From NCBI GenBank assembly GCA_041746575.1, contig JBGTGT010000046.1, positions 1 through 64,000 of the forward strand: 64,000 nt of DNA, read 5' to 3'. Made by a program: the position numbers and the translations under genes. Origin of the DNA: Microcystaceae cyanobacterium (GTDB lineage Bacteria; Cyanobacteriota; Cyanobacteriia; Cyanobacteriales; Microcystaceae). Positions 54,952-64,000 of this stretch are shown here, piece after piece. The notes below the pieces were generated by a model. That model saw nothing but the letters and a program-made list of their open reading frames with translations. It was not told the DNA's origin and did not search any database. Each line of letters begins with the position of its first letter. Position 1 is the first letter of the stretch.

Positions 54952-56344
54952 AAAAAATACTTCCCTGATTGGGTTTAGACATAACTTGAATCGTGCCGCC
55001 CATTCCTTCAACTAAAGTTTTAACAATAGAAAGACCTAAGCCTGTGCCTCCTGTGGTGCGAGAGCGGGCTTCATCTACTCGATAAAAACGTTCAAAAATA
55101 CGCCCTTGATCGGCTAAAGGGATGCCTAACCCTTGATCACAAACTTCAATAATCACTTGCTTTTCTTGTTGCTTTAAGTTAAGCGTAATGGGAGTACCAT
55201 CAGGGGAATATTTAACGGCATTATCAATCAAATTTAATAAGACTTGTTTTAAGCGATTGATGTCTGCTTTAATCATTAATAAAGTGTCGGCTTCATTCAC
55301 ATTAATCGGACGGTTGCTGTATTGACGCGTCATTTTAATCACTTCTTTGATGAGAGAATTAACAACAACTTGATCCCGATGGAAGAGCATTTGACCCCCA
55401 TCTGCTCTGGCTAAGTCTAATAGGTCTTGCAATAATTGGGTTGTTCTTTCTGCTTCTGAAACGGCAGTCTCTAGGGCTTCTCTTTGGGATTGTGTTAAAT
55501 TACTGCCTCGTCTTAAGGTACTTTGTAAATAACCCGAAACGATGGTGAGAGGGGTACGTAATTCATGGGAGACATTGCTTAACAACTGTTGTTGATGATC
55601 CCATGCTTGACTCAATCGATCTAACATTTGATCGAAGGTTCGGGCTAATTTTTTGACCTCTTGGGGGGCGTTTTCTAAGTGTAGGCGAGCTTGAGATAAT
55701 TGAGCAATAGACAGATTAGCCGAGAGTTGACTGATGCGATCTAAGGGTTGTAAGCTTTTTTTGACGTACCATGCGATTAATCCCGTCATCAAGGTAATCG
55801 CGATCGCTGTCGCTAAACTTAAACTTTTAATCAAATTAATAAACATGGTCTGATCCCCTGTAATATCTTGAGCAATGTAGAATTTGCCAATATTTTGACC
55901 GCTTATTCGTAAATCCAACGCACAAACTAGCCAAAATCGTCCTTTTATTCTTTTTAATTCGGGTTTAGGAGGAATTTGGGCTAAAGCCGTTAAGTCCATT
56001 TTTTGAGGGTGGAGGGGCATCAGATGGGATTGTGCTAGGATTTGGCCTTGAGGATTTTTTAACCAGAGTAACGTCTGAGTATTGGTCAAATTATTAATCG
56101 TTTTCTGCGCGCCCTCTTCAACGGTCACCATATCGCTGTAAATCTCTACATCATGGGGTAATCGTTCAGCAATGTAGCGGACATTTTGCTTATGGGTAGC
56201 GATTAAAATTGTCTGCATTCGCCAGCTCATCCAAGCAGAAAGACTGCTTAATCCTAAAATAGAGACGAAGGCAACTCCCAAGGTCAATCGCCAGCGTAAT
56301 GATGTAAAATTTTGTTCTAACCAAAGTTTAAGGGGTTTTATCAT
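54926..56344 (-). CDS. membrane sensor histidine kinase (HAMP-HisKA-HATPase)
   Basis: Two transmembrane segments, SHELRTPLT, NLIDNAVKYS, GTGLGL. Confidence 0.92.
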   Translation of the reverse strand: MIKPLKLWLEQNFTSLRWRLTLGVAFVSILGLSSLSAWMSWRMQTILIATHKQNVRYIAERLPHDVEIYSDMVTVEEGAQKTINNLTNTQTLLWLKNPQGQILAQSHLMPLHPQKMDLTALAQIPPKPELKRIKGRFWLVCALDLRISGQNIGKFYIAQDITGDQTMFINLIKSLSLATAIAITLMTGLIAWYVKKSLQPLDRISQLSANLSIAQLSQARLHLENAPQEVKKLARTFDQMLDRLSQAWDHQQQLLSNVSHELRTPLTIVSGYLQSTLRRGSNLTQSQREALETAVSEAERTTQLLQDLLDLARADGGQMLFHRDQVVVNSLIKEVIKMTRQYSNRPINVNEADTLLMIKADINRLKQVLLNLIDNAVKYSPDGTPITLNLKQQEKQVIIEVCDQGLGIPLADQGRIFERFYRVDEARSRTTGGTGLGLSIVKTLVEGMGGTIQVMSKPNQGSIFSIFFPMSS

Positions 56345-56715
56345 TGAGCGTTTCCCAGAATTAAGATATATTTCTCCACTAATTCGAGTGTGCGGATTGT
56401 ATATAAGGAATATCTGATAAAAAACTGAGAATTTGCTGAAGCATAGGAGATCGCAAAGAGTCAATCTGCTGTCTAAAACGAGGAAATTAGCCACTTTTTC
56501 TGCTCGTTTTGCCTAAGGATAAAGCAAGAAGTCAATATCTCTTATCCCGTTTCCCAGATGAGAGGCGTTTTGCTTTCGTGTCGCACCTGCGATACAATTC
56601 AGAAGTGGCATTTTCGCTGGTTCATAAGTATTTCTGCCCCAATTCAAGATGTTTGTCTTTTTCGGTTGACGTTAGTTTCTCATCTTGCTCTACTCGACGA
56701 ATTCAAGTGAAAAAT

Positions 56716-58863
56716 ATGCCAAGTCAAAACTCTGAAGGTTTGTACATTGCGCTAATCAGCGTGCATGGCTTGATCCGAGGCCATGATTTAGAACTAGGAC
56801 GGGATGCCGACACGGGCGGCCAGACGAAGTATGTCGTGGAACTTGCCCGTGCTTTGAGCCGATTGCCTGACGTAGCCGCCGTTGACCTGTTTACTCGTTT
56901 AGTGATGGCCCCCGAAGTAGATACAGATTACGGTGAAGAAATTGAATCGCTAGGGGACGGAGCGCGCATTGTTCGCGTTGTTTCTGGGTCACCAGAGGAG
57001 TATCTTGCCAAAGAATCACTATGGGATCACCTAGACAGTTTCTTCGATAATATGCTAACGTTCATTCGTCATCAAGAGCAAGTGCCGGACATTATTCACA
57101 GTCACTATGCGGATGCAGGTTATGTAGGTAGCCGCTTAACCCATTTTCTTGACGTGCCGCTGGTACATACGGGTCATTCTTTGGGCAGAGTGAAACGCCG
57201 TCGGTTACTGGCTAGTGGCCTGTCTTCAGACGAAATTGATCGCCGCTATAATATGTTACGCCGCATTGAAGCAGAGGAAATGACTCTTGCCAGTGCAGAT
57301 CGGGTGATTACCAGTACCCATCAAGAGATTGAAGAACAGTACGAATTCTACGATTGCTATCAACCTGATCGGATGCGCGTCATTCCGCCTGGTACAGATT
57401 TGACGTTGTTTTACCCGCCCGAGGGAGATGAATGGCAAACTTCAATTGGTAAAGAAATTAGCCGCTTTTTGGACGATCCGAGTAAGCCGCTGATCCTAGC
57501 GTTGTCTCGTCCTGATGCTCGCAAAAATATTGAAGCGTTAGTGGACGCCTACGGGAGTTCGACTGAGTTACAGGAATTAGCCAATCTAGTCATTATTGCG
57601 GGTAATCGAGATGACATCAATGACATGGATGAGGGAGCGCAGGAGGTTCTAACGAATTTGCTTTTGGCTTTTGATCGTTATAATCTTTATGGTCGAGTCG
57701 CTTATCCTAAGCACCACAAAGCCGACGAAGTTCCTTATATCTACCGCATCGCTGCTTTATCCGGTGGCTTATTCGTCAACCCAGCTTTGACTGAACCCTT
57801 TGGGCTGACCTTGATCGAGGCAGCGGCCAGTGGATTGCCCCTTGTGGCCACTGAAGATGGAGGACCTCGTGATATTACCCGTAATTGTCATAATGGCATT
57901 CTCATTGATCCCCTCGACAACGATACCATTACTACGGCATTACTGACCTTGTTGCATGATCCTGCAAAGCGGCAACAGTTGGCAGATAACGGACTACAGG
58001 GGGTGCGCCAACATTACTCTTGGGAAGCTCATGCGACGAGTTATCTTAAAACCATTCGCCCATTGGTTGATAAGACTGAAGTGGTACAGGCTGTCCCCCA
58101 AACCCGCCGTCCCATGCCTTATCATGATCGTGCTATCTTTAGCGATCTTGATCAAAACCTCTTGGGTAATCCTGCCGATTTACCCCGTTTTCTTGAGGTA
58201 CTCCGCAAAAACCGTACGTCCACCACTTTTGGGATCGCCACAGGTCGTCGCTTAGATACCGCCCTTGAAGCTCTGCGCAAGCACAATGTCCCTGATCCCG
58301 ACGTGTTGATTACCAGTGCAGGCACGGCTATCCACTACTATCCAGACCTCATAGAAGATATTTGGTGGACACAGCATATTGATCGTCGCTGGACGCCACC
58401 AGAAGTTAAGCGGGTGCTGTCTGGTTTGCCTGGTCTAGAATTACAGCCAAAAGGGCAACAAAGTCGCTTTAAAATCAGCTATTTCTACAATTCTAACATT
58501 GCGCCTCCAGTGGAGGAAATTAATAGCTTATTGTACCAAGAAGACCTAGCGGTGAATGTCATCCTTTCATTCGGGCAGTACCTTGATATTTTCCCCATTC
58601 GTGCCTCTAAGGGTCAGGCTTTGCGTTATGTTGCCGATCGCTGGAGTATTCCTTTAGAACAAATCTTGGTTGCTGGTGGCTCGGGTGCTGATGAGGATAT
58701 GATGCGGGGTAATACCTTGGCGGTGGTTGTCGCTAATCGCCACCATGAGGAGTTGTCACATCTAACAGATACTGACCAGATCTATTATGCAACACAATCT
58801 TACGCCTTGGGCATTTTGGAAGCGATCGACCACTTCGATTTTTTCAACCGTTTTTCTGCGTAA
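56716..58863 (+). CDS. sps: sucrose-phosphate synthase (GT4 plus HAD-like domain)
   Basis: ISVHGLIRG..LGRDADTGGQTKY, EPFGLTLIEAAA, SDLDQNL, GGSGADEDM. Confidence 0.95.
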   Translation: MPSQNSEGLYIALISVHGLIRGHDLELGRDADTGGQTKYVVELARALSRLPDVAAVDLFTRLVMAPEVDTDYGEEIESLGDGARIVRVVSGSPEEYLAKESLWDHLDSFFDNMLTFIRHQEQVPDIIHSHYADAGYVGSRLTHFLDVPLVHTGHSLGRVKRRRLLASGLSSDEIDRRYNMLRRIEAEEMTLASADRVITSTHQEIEEQYEFYDCYQPDRMRVIPPGTDLTLFYPPEGDEWQTSIGKEISRFLDDPSKPLILALSRPDARKNIEALVDAYGSSTELQELANLVIIAGNRDDINDMDEGAQEVLTNLLLAFDRYNLYGRVAYPKHHKADEVPYIYRIAALSGGLFVNPALTEPFGLTLIEAAASGLPLVATEDGGPRDITRNCHNGILIDPLDNDTITTALLTLLHDPAKRQQLADNGLQGVRQHYSWEAHATSYLKTIRPLVDKTEVVQAVPQTRRPMPYHDRAIFSDLDQNLLGNPADLPRFLEVLRKNRTSTTFGIATGRRLDTALEALRKHNVPDPDVLITSAGTAIHYYPDLIEDIWWTQHIDRRWTPPEVKRVLSGLPGLELQPKGQQSRFKISYFYNSNIAPPVEEINSLLYQEDLAVNVILSFGQYLDIFPIRASKGQALRYVADRWSIPLEQILVAGGSGADEDMMRGNTLAVVVANRHHEELSHLTDTDQIYYATQSYALGILEAIDHFDFFNRFSA

Positions 58864-58942
58864 CTCAATTTTGGGTGAGTGGTTCGGACGTTAATGATGA
58901 TTAAATCGCCTTTTTTTCAGTTTTAGAAATGAGAAGGTGGGT

Positions 58943-59860
58943 TTATAATTTATAATTTTTAAATACTGTTAAAGCCGCACGATGAAGCAGGGTATGACGA
59001 TAAACTAAAGCGTTTAAATCTTCACTATAACCCCCACCAATTACACAAGCAACGGGATACCCTAAGGCTAAACAGGTACTCAAAACCTGCATTTCACGGC
59101 GATAAATTCCTTGATCGCTTAAGGCTAATTTACCCAGTTTATCATCTACATGGGTATCGACTCCCGCATCATAAAGTACTAAATCGGGCTTAAATTGCGT
59201 TAAGATATTGGGTAAAAATTGCGCCAAAACTTGTAAATATCCTTCATCATCTAAACCAATCGGTAAAGGAATATCGAGGTCACTATTTTGTTTTTTGCCC
59301 GGAAAATTGGCTTCACAGTGCATCGAAAAGGTAAAAACATAAGGATCATTTTGGAAAATCCACGCCGTTCCATCCCCTTGATGAACATCAAGATCCACAA
59401 TGAGAATTCTAGCGACTTCTTCCATTTGTCGCAAATAGCGAGCCGCGATCGCTAAATCATTAAAAATACAAAAGCCCGATCCATAGCTAGGAAAAGCATG
59501 ATGAGTTCCCCCCGCAGTATTACAAGCTATTCCGTATTTTAACGCTAATTTTGCGGTTAATAACGTGCCACCAACAGCTGTGCAAGTTCGTTTGACTAAG
59601 GCAGGACTCCAAGGTAAACCGATACGACGCTGTGCTTTTACGTCTAATGTTCCATTTAAATAAGCAGAAACGTATTCAGGGCGATGAACGGTTTGAATTA
59701 ATTGATCATCGGGTAATTCAGGTTTATAAACCCCCGCAGAATCGATAATTTCATCTTTGAGTAATAATTCATAAATTCGTCTAAACTTAGACATCGGGAA
59801 ACGATGTCCCTCTGGCAATGGTACAACGTAATTAGGATGATAAACCGTAGGTAAGGTCAT
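58943..59860 (-). CDS. histone deacetylase family protein
   Basis: GHRFPM, GGTHHA, GFCIFND, DLDVHQGDGT, GGGY. Confidence 0.93.
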   Translation of the reverse strand: MTLPTVYHPNYVVPLPEGHRFPMSKFRRIYELLLKDEIIDSAGVYKPELPDDQLIQTVHRPEYVSAYLNGTLDVKAQRRIGLPWSPALVKRTCTAVGGTLLTAKLALKYGIACNTAGGTHHAFPSYGSGFCIFNDLAIAARYLRQMEEVARILIVDLDVHQGDGTAWIFQNDPYVFTFSMHCEANFPGKKQNSDLDIPLPIGLDDEGYLQVLAQFLPNILTQFKPDLVLYDAGVDTHVDDKLGKLALSDQGIYRREMQVLSTCLALGYPVACVIGGGYSEDLNALVYRHTLLHRAALTVFKNYKL

Positions 59861-59918
59861 GTAAAAAAAAAAATGACGGAGATAAAGCCAGTCAAACTCC
59901 ATTATAAAGGGCTTTTTT

Positions 59919-62735
59919 ATGAATTCAGACCTAACGATTCACGCACTCCAAACAGAGATTGAAAAATTGAAAGCACAATTGGCAGACTTTCAGCCCTTAC
60001 ATCAAAATCTGCTCCAAAAAATTCAGGATATTCAAGAGCGTTGGGATCTGGTTTTACAGGGAACAAATGATGGTATTTGGGATTGGAATATTCAAACCAA
60101 TGCGTTATTTATTTCTCCCCGTTGGCAGGAAATGTTAGGCTATCAACCCTCTGAATTAGTCAGTCATTTTGAGACGTGGCATTCCTTATTACATCCGCAA
60201 GATCGAGAACGGGTTTTACAAAGTTTACAGGATTATCTGGCGCAAAAAGTTCCTTCCTACGCGGTAGAGTTTCGCTTAAAAAGTAAAGGGGGAAGTTATC
60301 AATGGATTTTATCACGGGGTCAAGCCAAATGGGATAATCAAGGTCGTCCAATAAGGATGGCTGGTTCTCATACGGATATTAGTGAACGCAAAATGATTGA
60401 GGAGTCGTTAGAATTAGAAAAAACGCTCTTACGCTCAATTATAGATTGTATTCCTGATAGTATTTTTTATAAGAATCATCGAGGTATTTACTTAGCATGT
60501 AATCAAGCTTTTCAAAATCAATTAGGCAAGGATGAAACAGAAATTATTGGTGCAACAAACTTTGATTTATTTGACTCAAAGATGGCCATTTTATCTCGAC
60601 AGCAAGATCAAGAAATGACCCAGTCAAAAAAACCGCAACGTCACGAAGAATGGGTAATCTACCCTGATGGAAAGCGTCGTCTGTTAGATACCTTAAAAAC
60701 GCCTTTATTTGGCTACCAAAATGCCGTGATTGGTCTTATTGGAATTAGTCGAGATATTACAGACAGAAATCAGAAAGAAATTGCTTTGCAAAAACAGGTT
60801 GAACGGAATCATTTACTCAGTCGAATTGCGCGCCAGTTGATTGATCAAAACTTGGATTTAGCGATCCAAGATACCTTACAAAAGATTGGGCAGTTTACGG
60901 ATAGCGATCGCGCTTATATGATTCATTATTCTTCAAGTCAAGAACATTGGAGCATGAAATATGAATGGTGTCGTGAGGGAATTGAAGCATTAATTGAGCG
61001 GTCTCAGGATGCCCCAAAGGATACAGTTCCTTGGTTTTCTCAGCAATTATTGAAGGGACATTCTATTAGGATTAATTGTTTAGAAGATATTCCTTTAAAT
61101 GCTAAAGTGGAACGGAGTATTTTCCAAAAAAGTACCAGTCCAACTCTAGTTGTTGCACCGATGATTCGAGGCGGTAAACCCTTTGGCTATCTGGGATTAG
61201 AGGGTTCAAGTAGTAAGATTTGGCTGCAAGAAGATATCGATTTTTTGAAGTTAGTTGGAGAATTTCTAGCCATTGCTGAGACTCGTTTTCAAGCGGAAGA
61301 AGCGTTAAAAAAAGCCAAAGAAGATGCCGATGCAGCTAATCGAGCAAAAAGTGATTTTTTGGCAAGTATGAGTCACGAATTACGCACGCCGCTTAATGCG
61401 ATTTTGGGCTTTACTCAAGTGATGAATCGAGATAATAATCTCAATGTAGAACAAAGACAAAATATTAATATTATTAGTCGTAGTGGTGAACATTTGCTAG
61501 ATTTAATTAATGATATTTTAGAAATGTCCAAAATTGAGGCTGGACGCATTAGTTTAAACAAAAATAGCTTTGATTTATATCATCTTCTTGACAGTTTAGA
61601 AAGTCTGTTACAGGGCAAAGCACAAACCAAGGGTTTGCAACTCATTTTTGAACGAACAGCTGATGTTTCTCAATACATTCAAACCGATGAAGGAAAATTA
61701 CGCCAAGTTCTTTTAAATTTACTGGGAAATGCTCTTAAATTTACTCACGAAGGAGGAATTATTCTACGGATAAAAAAAGGTCATCAATTTCATAGATTAC
61801 TATTTGAAATCGAGGATACGGGTGAAGGCATTGCCCCAGAGGAAATTCCTCAATTATTTGAAGCCTTTAGTCAAACGAAAACAGGTCGAAAAGCGCAACA
61901 AGGCACTGGGTTAGGACTCTCTATTAGTCAAAAATTTGTTCAGTTAATGGGGGGGGATATTCAAGTCAGTAGTGCCGTTGGGAAAGGGAGTTTATTCCTG
62001 TTTGAAATTACTATCGAAATAGCGGAAGAAAGTCAAGTTAACCGTCCTAAAAACATGCTTAAAGTGATTGGTTTAGCTCCTAATCAACCCATCTATCGGA
62101 TTTTGGTCGTAGATGATCGCCATGAAAGTCGTCAATTACTGTTAAAATTGCTATTATCTGTGGGTTTTGAGGTAGAAGAAGCCAGAAATGGCAAGGAAGC
62201 GATAGGTATTTGGGAAAAGTGGCACCCTCATTTAATCTGGATGGATATCCGAATGCCGATTATGGATGGTTATGAGGCAACTCAACGCATTAAAGCGACA
62301 CCTCAAGGCAAAGACACGATGATTATTGCCCTGACGGCGAGTGCTTTTTCAGAAGACTGTGAGATGGTGTTATCAGCAGGCTGTGATGATTTTATGCGTA
62401 AACCATTTCGAGAAGAGGTATTATGGCAAAAAATGGCAGACTATTTAGGGGTTCAATATGTTTATGAGGAGACGAACACCAAAACGGACACTTTGCTCAG
62501 TCAACGTCCTAAATTGGCAACTTTTCAGCAATTAAAAGACGAATTGGAGCAAATACCTCAACAGTGGCTTTCAAATTTCCATCGGAAAGCTTTAGAGTGT
62601 GACGATGACGCATTGTTGACGTTAATTAATGATCTGCCTCCTCATTTATCTTATTTATCACAAACGCTTCATCATTGGAATAACAATTATCTCTTTGAAC
62701 AAATGATAGAATTAATAGAGAATCTGGAAAAATAG
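59919..62735 (+). CDS. hybrid histidine kinase (PAS-PAS-GAF-HisKA-HATPase-REC)
   Basis: DGIWDWN and DITDR PAS/PAC motifs, MSHELRTPLN, GTGLGL, LIWMDIRMP. Confidence 0.94.
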   Translation: MNSDLTIHALQTEIEKLKAQLADFQPLHQNLLQKIQDIQERWDLVLQGTNDGIWDWNIQTNALFISPRWQEMLGYQPSELVSHFETWHSLLHPQDRERVLQSLQDYLAQKVPSYAVEFRLKSKGGSYQWILSRGQAKWDNQGRPIRMAGSHTDISERKMIEESLELEKTLLRSIIDCIPDSIFYKNHRGIYLACNQAFQNQLGKDETEIIGATNFDLFDSKMAILSRQQDQEMTQSKKPQRHEEWVIYPDGKRRLLDTLKTPLFGYQNAVIGLIGISRDITDRNQKEIALQKQVERNHLLSRIARQLIDQNLDLAIQDTLQKIGQFTDSDRAYMIHYSSSQEHWSMKYEWCREGIEALIERSQDAPKDTVPWFSQQLLKGHSIRINCLEDIPLNAKVERSIFQKSTSPTLVVAPMIRGGKPFGYLGLEGSSSKIWLQEDIDFLKLVGEFLAIAETRFQAEEALKKAKEDADAANRAKSDFLASMSHELRTPLNAILGFTQVMNRDNNLNVEQRQNINIISRSGEHLLDLINDILEMSKIEAGRISLNKNSFDLYHLLDSLESLLQGKAQTKGLQLIFERTADVSQYIQTDEGKLRQVLLNLLGNALKFTHEGGIILRIKKGHQFHRLLFEIEDTGEGIAPEEIPQLFEAFSQTKTGRKAQQGTGLGLSISQKFVQLMGGDIQVSSAVGKGSLFLFEITIEIAEESQVNRPKNMLKVIGLAPNQPIYRILVVDDRHESRQLLLKLLLSVGFEVEEARNGKEAIGIWEKWHPHLIWMDIRMPIMDGYEATQRIKATPQGKDTMIIALTASAFSEDCEMVLSAGCDDFMRKPFREEVLWQKMADYLGVQYVYEETNTKTDTLLSQRPKLATFQQLKDELEQIPQQWLSNFHRKALECDDDALLTLINDLPPHLSYLSQTLHHWNNNYLFEQMIELIENLEK

Positions 62736-62777
62736 AATATAAACAATTTTAATGCTTAGGGTGAGGAAAGGGTAGAA

Positions 62778-63809
62778 ATGGATATTCGTTGTTGCCCCAT
62801 TAATTTTAATTATTGGTATGCTATTGCCTCATCTCAAGAGGTTAGAAATGAGCCTATTGGAGTAATTCTTTGGCACAAAGCAATTGTTATTTATCGAGAT
62901 AGTAACGGTAAAATTAACGCATTAGAAGATCGATGTCCTCATCGTCAAGTTAAACTAAGTCATGGAAAAGTAATTACTGACGCGATAGAATGCACTTACC
63001 ACGGTTGGCAATTTAATAATAAAGGAGAGTGTACGTTAATTCCTTACCTTGCTAGCCATCAAAAATTACCCTCTTGTTCGATTGAAGTTTATCCTGCTAA
63101 AGAGTTAAATGGATTTATTTGGATTTATTTAGGAGATAAAAATAATTTAAAAACAGAAAAAATTGAACCTTTAGTCATTCCTGAATGGGATCATCTCAAT
63201 TATATCGCCACGGTGTCTACTATTGATTGTCGAGGACATTTTTCGTTTTTAATTGAAAATTTAATGGATATGTATCATGGTCATTTGCACAATAATTATC
63301 AAGCTTGGACATCTGCTAAACTAAAACATCTTACCAGTGAAGACCACAAGGTGGAAGCGGAATATGAAGCGCAAAGTTATTATAAAATTGATCAGATTTG
63401 GTCTATTTCTCAACTCTTTTTTCCGTCTTTACGTCGCTTGCATCCTGAGCCGTTAAAGGTGAGTTATCTATATCCAAACTGGCGGTCAACGTTAGGTCAA
63501 GATTTTGTAATTTACTGCTTATTTTGCCCCATCAATCAAACCCACACTCGTGCTTTTTTAATCCATTTTACTTCTTTAAATGCTTTTTGGCGACTACACA
63601 AATTGCCCATTAAATTTCGCCGTGGGTTGAAAAATCGCTTATATGGTTCAGCACAAAAGTTACTCGATGGTTTAGTGGCTCAAGATGTTAAAATGATTGA
63701 ACAAGAGCAACAAGCTTATCTCAAAGATCCCCAGTCTCGAACCTATGAAGTCAATCCTACCCTTGGCAAAGTTCAACAACTAATTGACCAAGAAGTTAAA
63801 AAAATCTAA
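62778..63809 (+). CDS. Rieske non-heme iron oxygenase alpha subunit
   Basis: CPHR..CTYHGW; ENLMDMYHGHLH. Confidence 0.92.
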   Translation: MDIRCCPINFNYWYAIASSQEVRNEPIGVILWHKAIVIYRDSNGKINALEDRCPHRQVKLSHGKVITDAIECTYHGWQFNNKGECTLIPYLASHQKLPSCSIEVYPAKELNGFIWIYLGDKNNLKTEKIEPLVIPEWDHLNYIATVSTIDCRGHFSFLIENLMDMYHGHLHNNYQAWTSAKLKHLTSEDHKVEAEYEAQSYYKIDQIWSISQLFFPSLRRLHPEPLKVSYLYPNWRSTLGQDFVIYCLFCPINQTHTRAFLIHFTSLNAFWRLHKLPIKFRRGLKNRLYGSAQKLLDGLVAQDVKMIEQEQQAYLKDPQSRTYEVNPTLGKVQQLIDQEVKKI

Positions 63810-63884
63810 ATTATGAACACTACCCGCCTAATGTCAATTATAAATAATAAGGAATTAACCTGAACCTAGGAGAAAGTGAACGTT

Positions 63885-64000
63885 ATGAAAGGTGATATCA
63901 TGTTTCATCTTGCCATTCCTATTAATAACATTACCCAAGCAAAAGCGTTTTATGAAAAAGGTTTAGGGTGTCAAGTAGGACGAGAAAATGAGAAAGCAAT
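63885..64000 (+). CDS. VOC/glyoxalase family protein (partial; runs off the window)
   Basis: FHLAIPINNITQAKAFY..GLGC.VGR. Confidence 0.8.
   Translation, partial: MKGDIMFHLAIPINNITQAKAFYEKGLGCQVGRENEKA

Overview
Cyanobacterial chromosome segment: HIP1 GCGATCGC octamers, apcF, psaE, psaM, rne, smpB, leuB, queC, mutM, tRNA-Pro(CGG). Positions ~5-22.7 kb hold a type III-B variant (III-Bv-like) CRISPR-Cas locus: a 28-repeat array, cas2-cas1-csx18, a WYL regulator, cmr2/3/4/5, a cmr6-cmr1 fusion, two CARF-HEPN effectors and no cas6. The main anomaly is in the array. Between two perfect repeats lies a 1,090-bp 'giant spacer' (5103-6192) cut from a gene cluster. It carries the 3' part of an oleate hydratase gene, an intact HPF/RaiA-family gene and the first 6 codons of a further gene. 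Inside it, a 37-bp AT-rich insert is flanked by a perfect 38-bp direct duplication, the geometry expected of off-target Cas1-Cas2 spacer integration. The interference module looks selectively disabled: single in-frame TAA codons interrupt cmr3 and both CARF-HEPN genes. The rest is mostly housekeeping genes, with several pseudogenes, PEP-CTERM proteins, MITE-like remnants and a few candidate regulatory RNA elements. All calls come from reading motifs by eye; no database searches were run.
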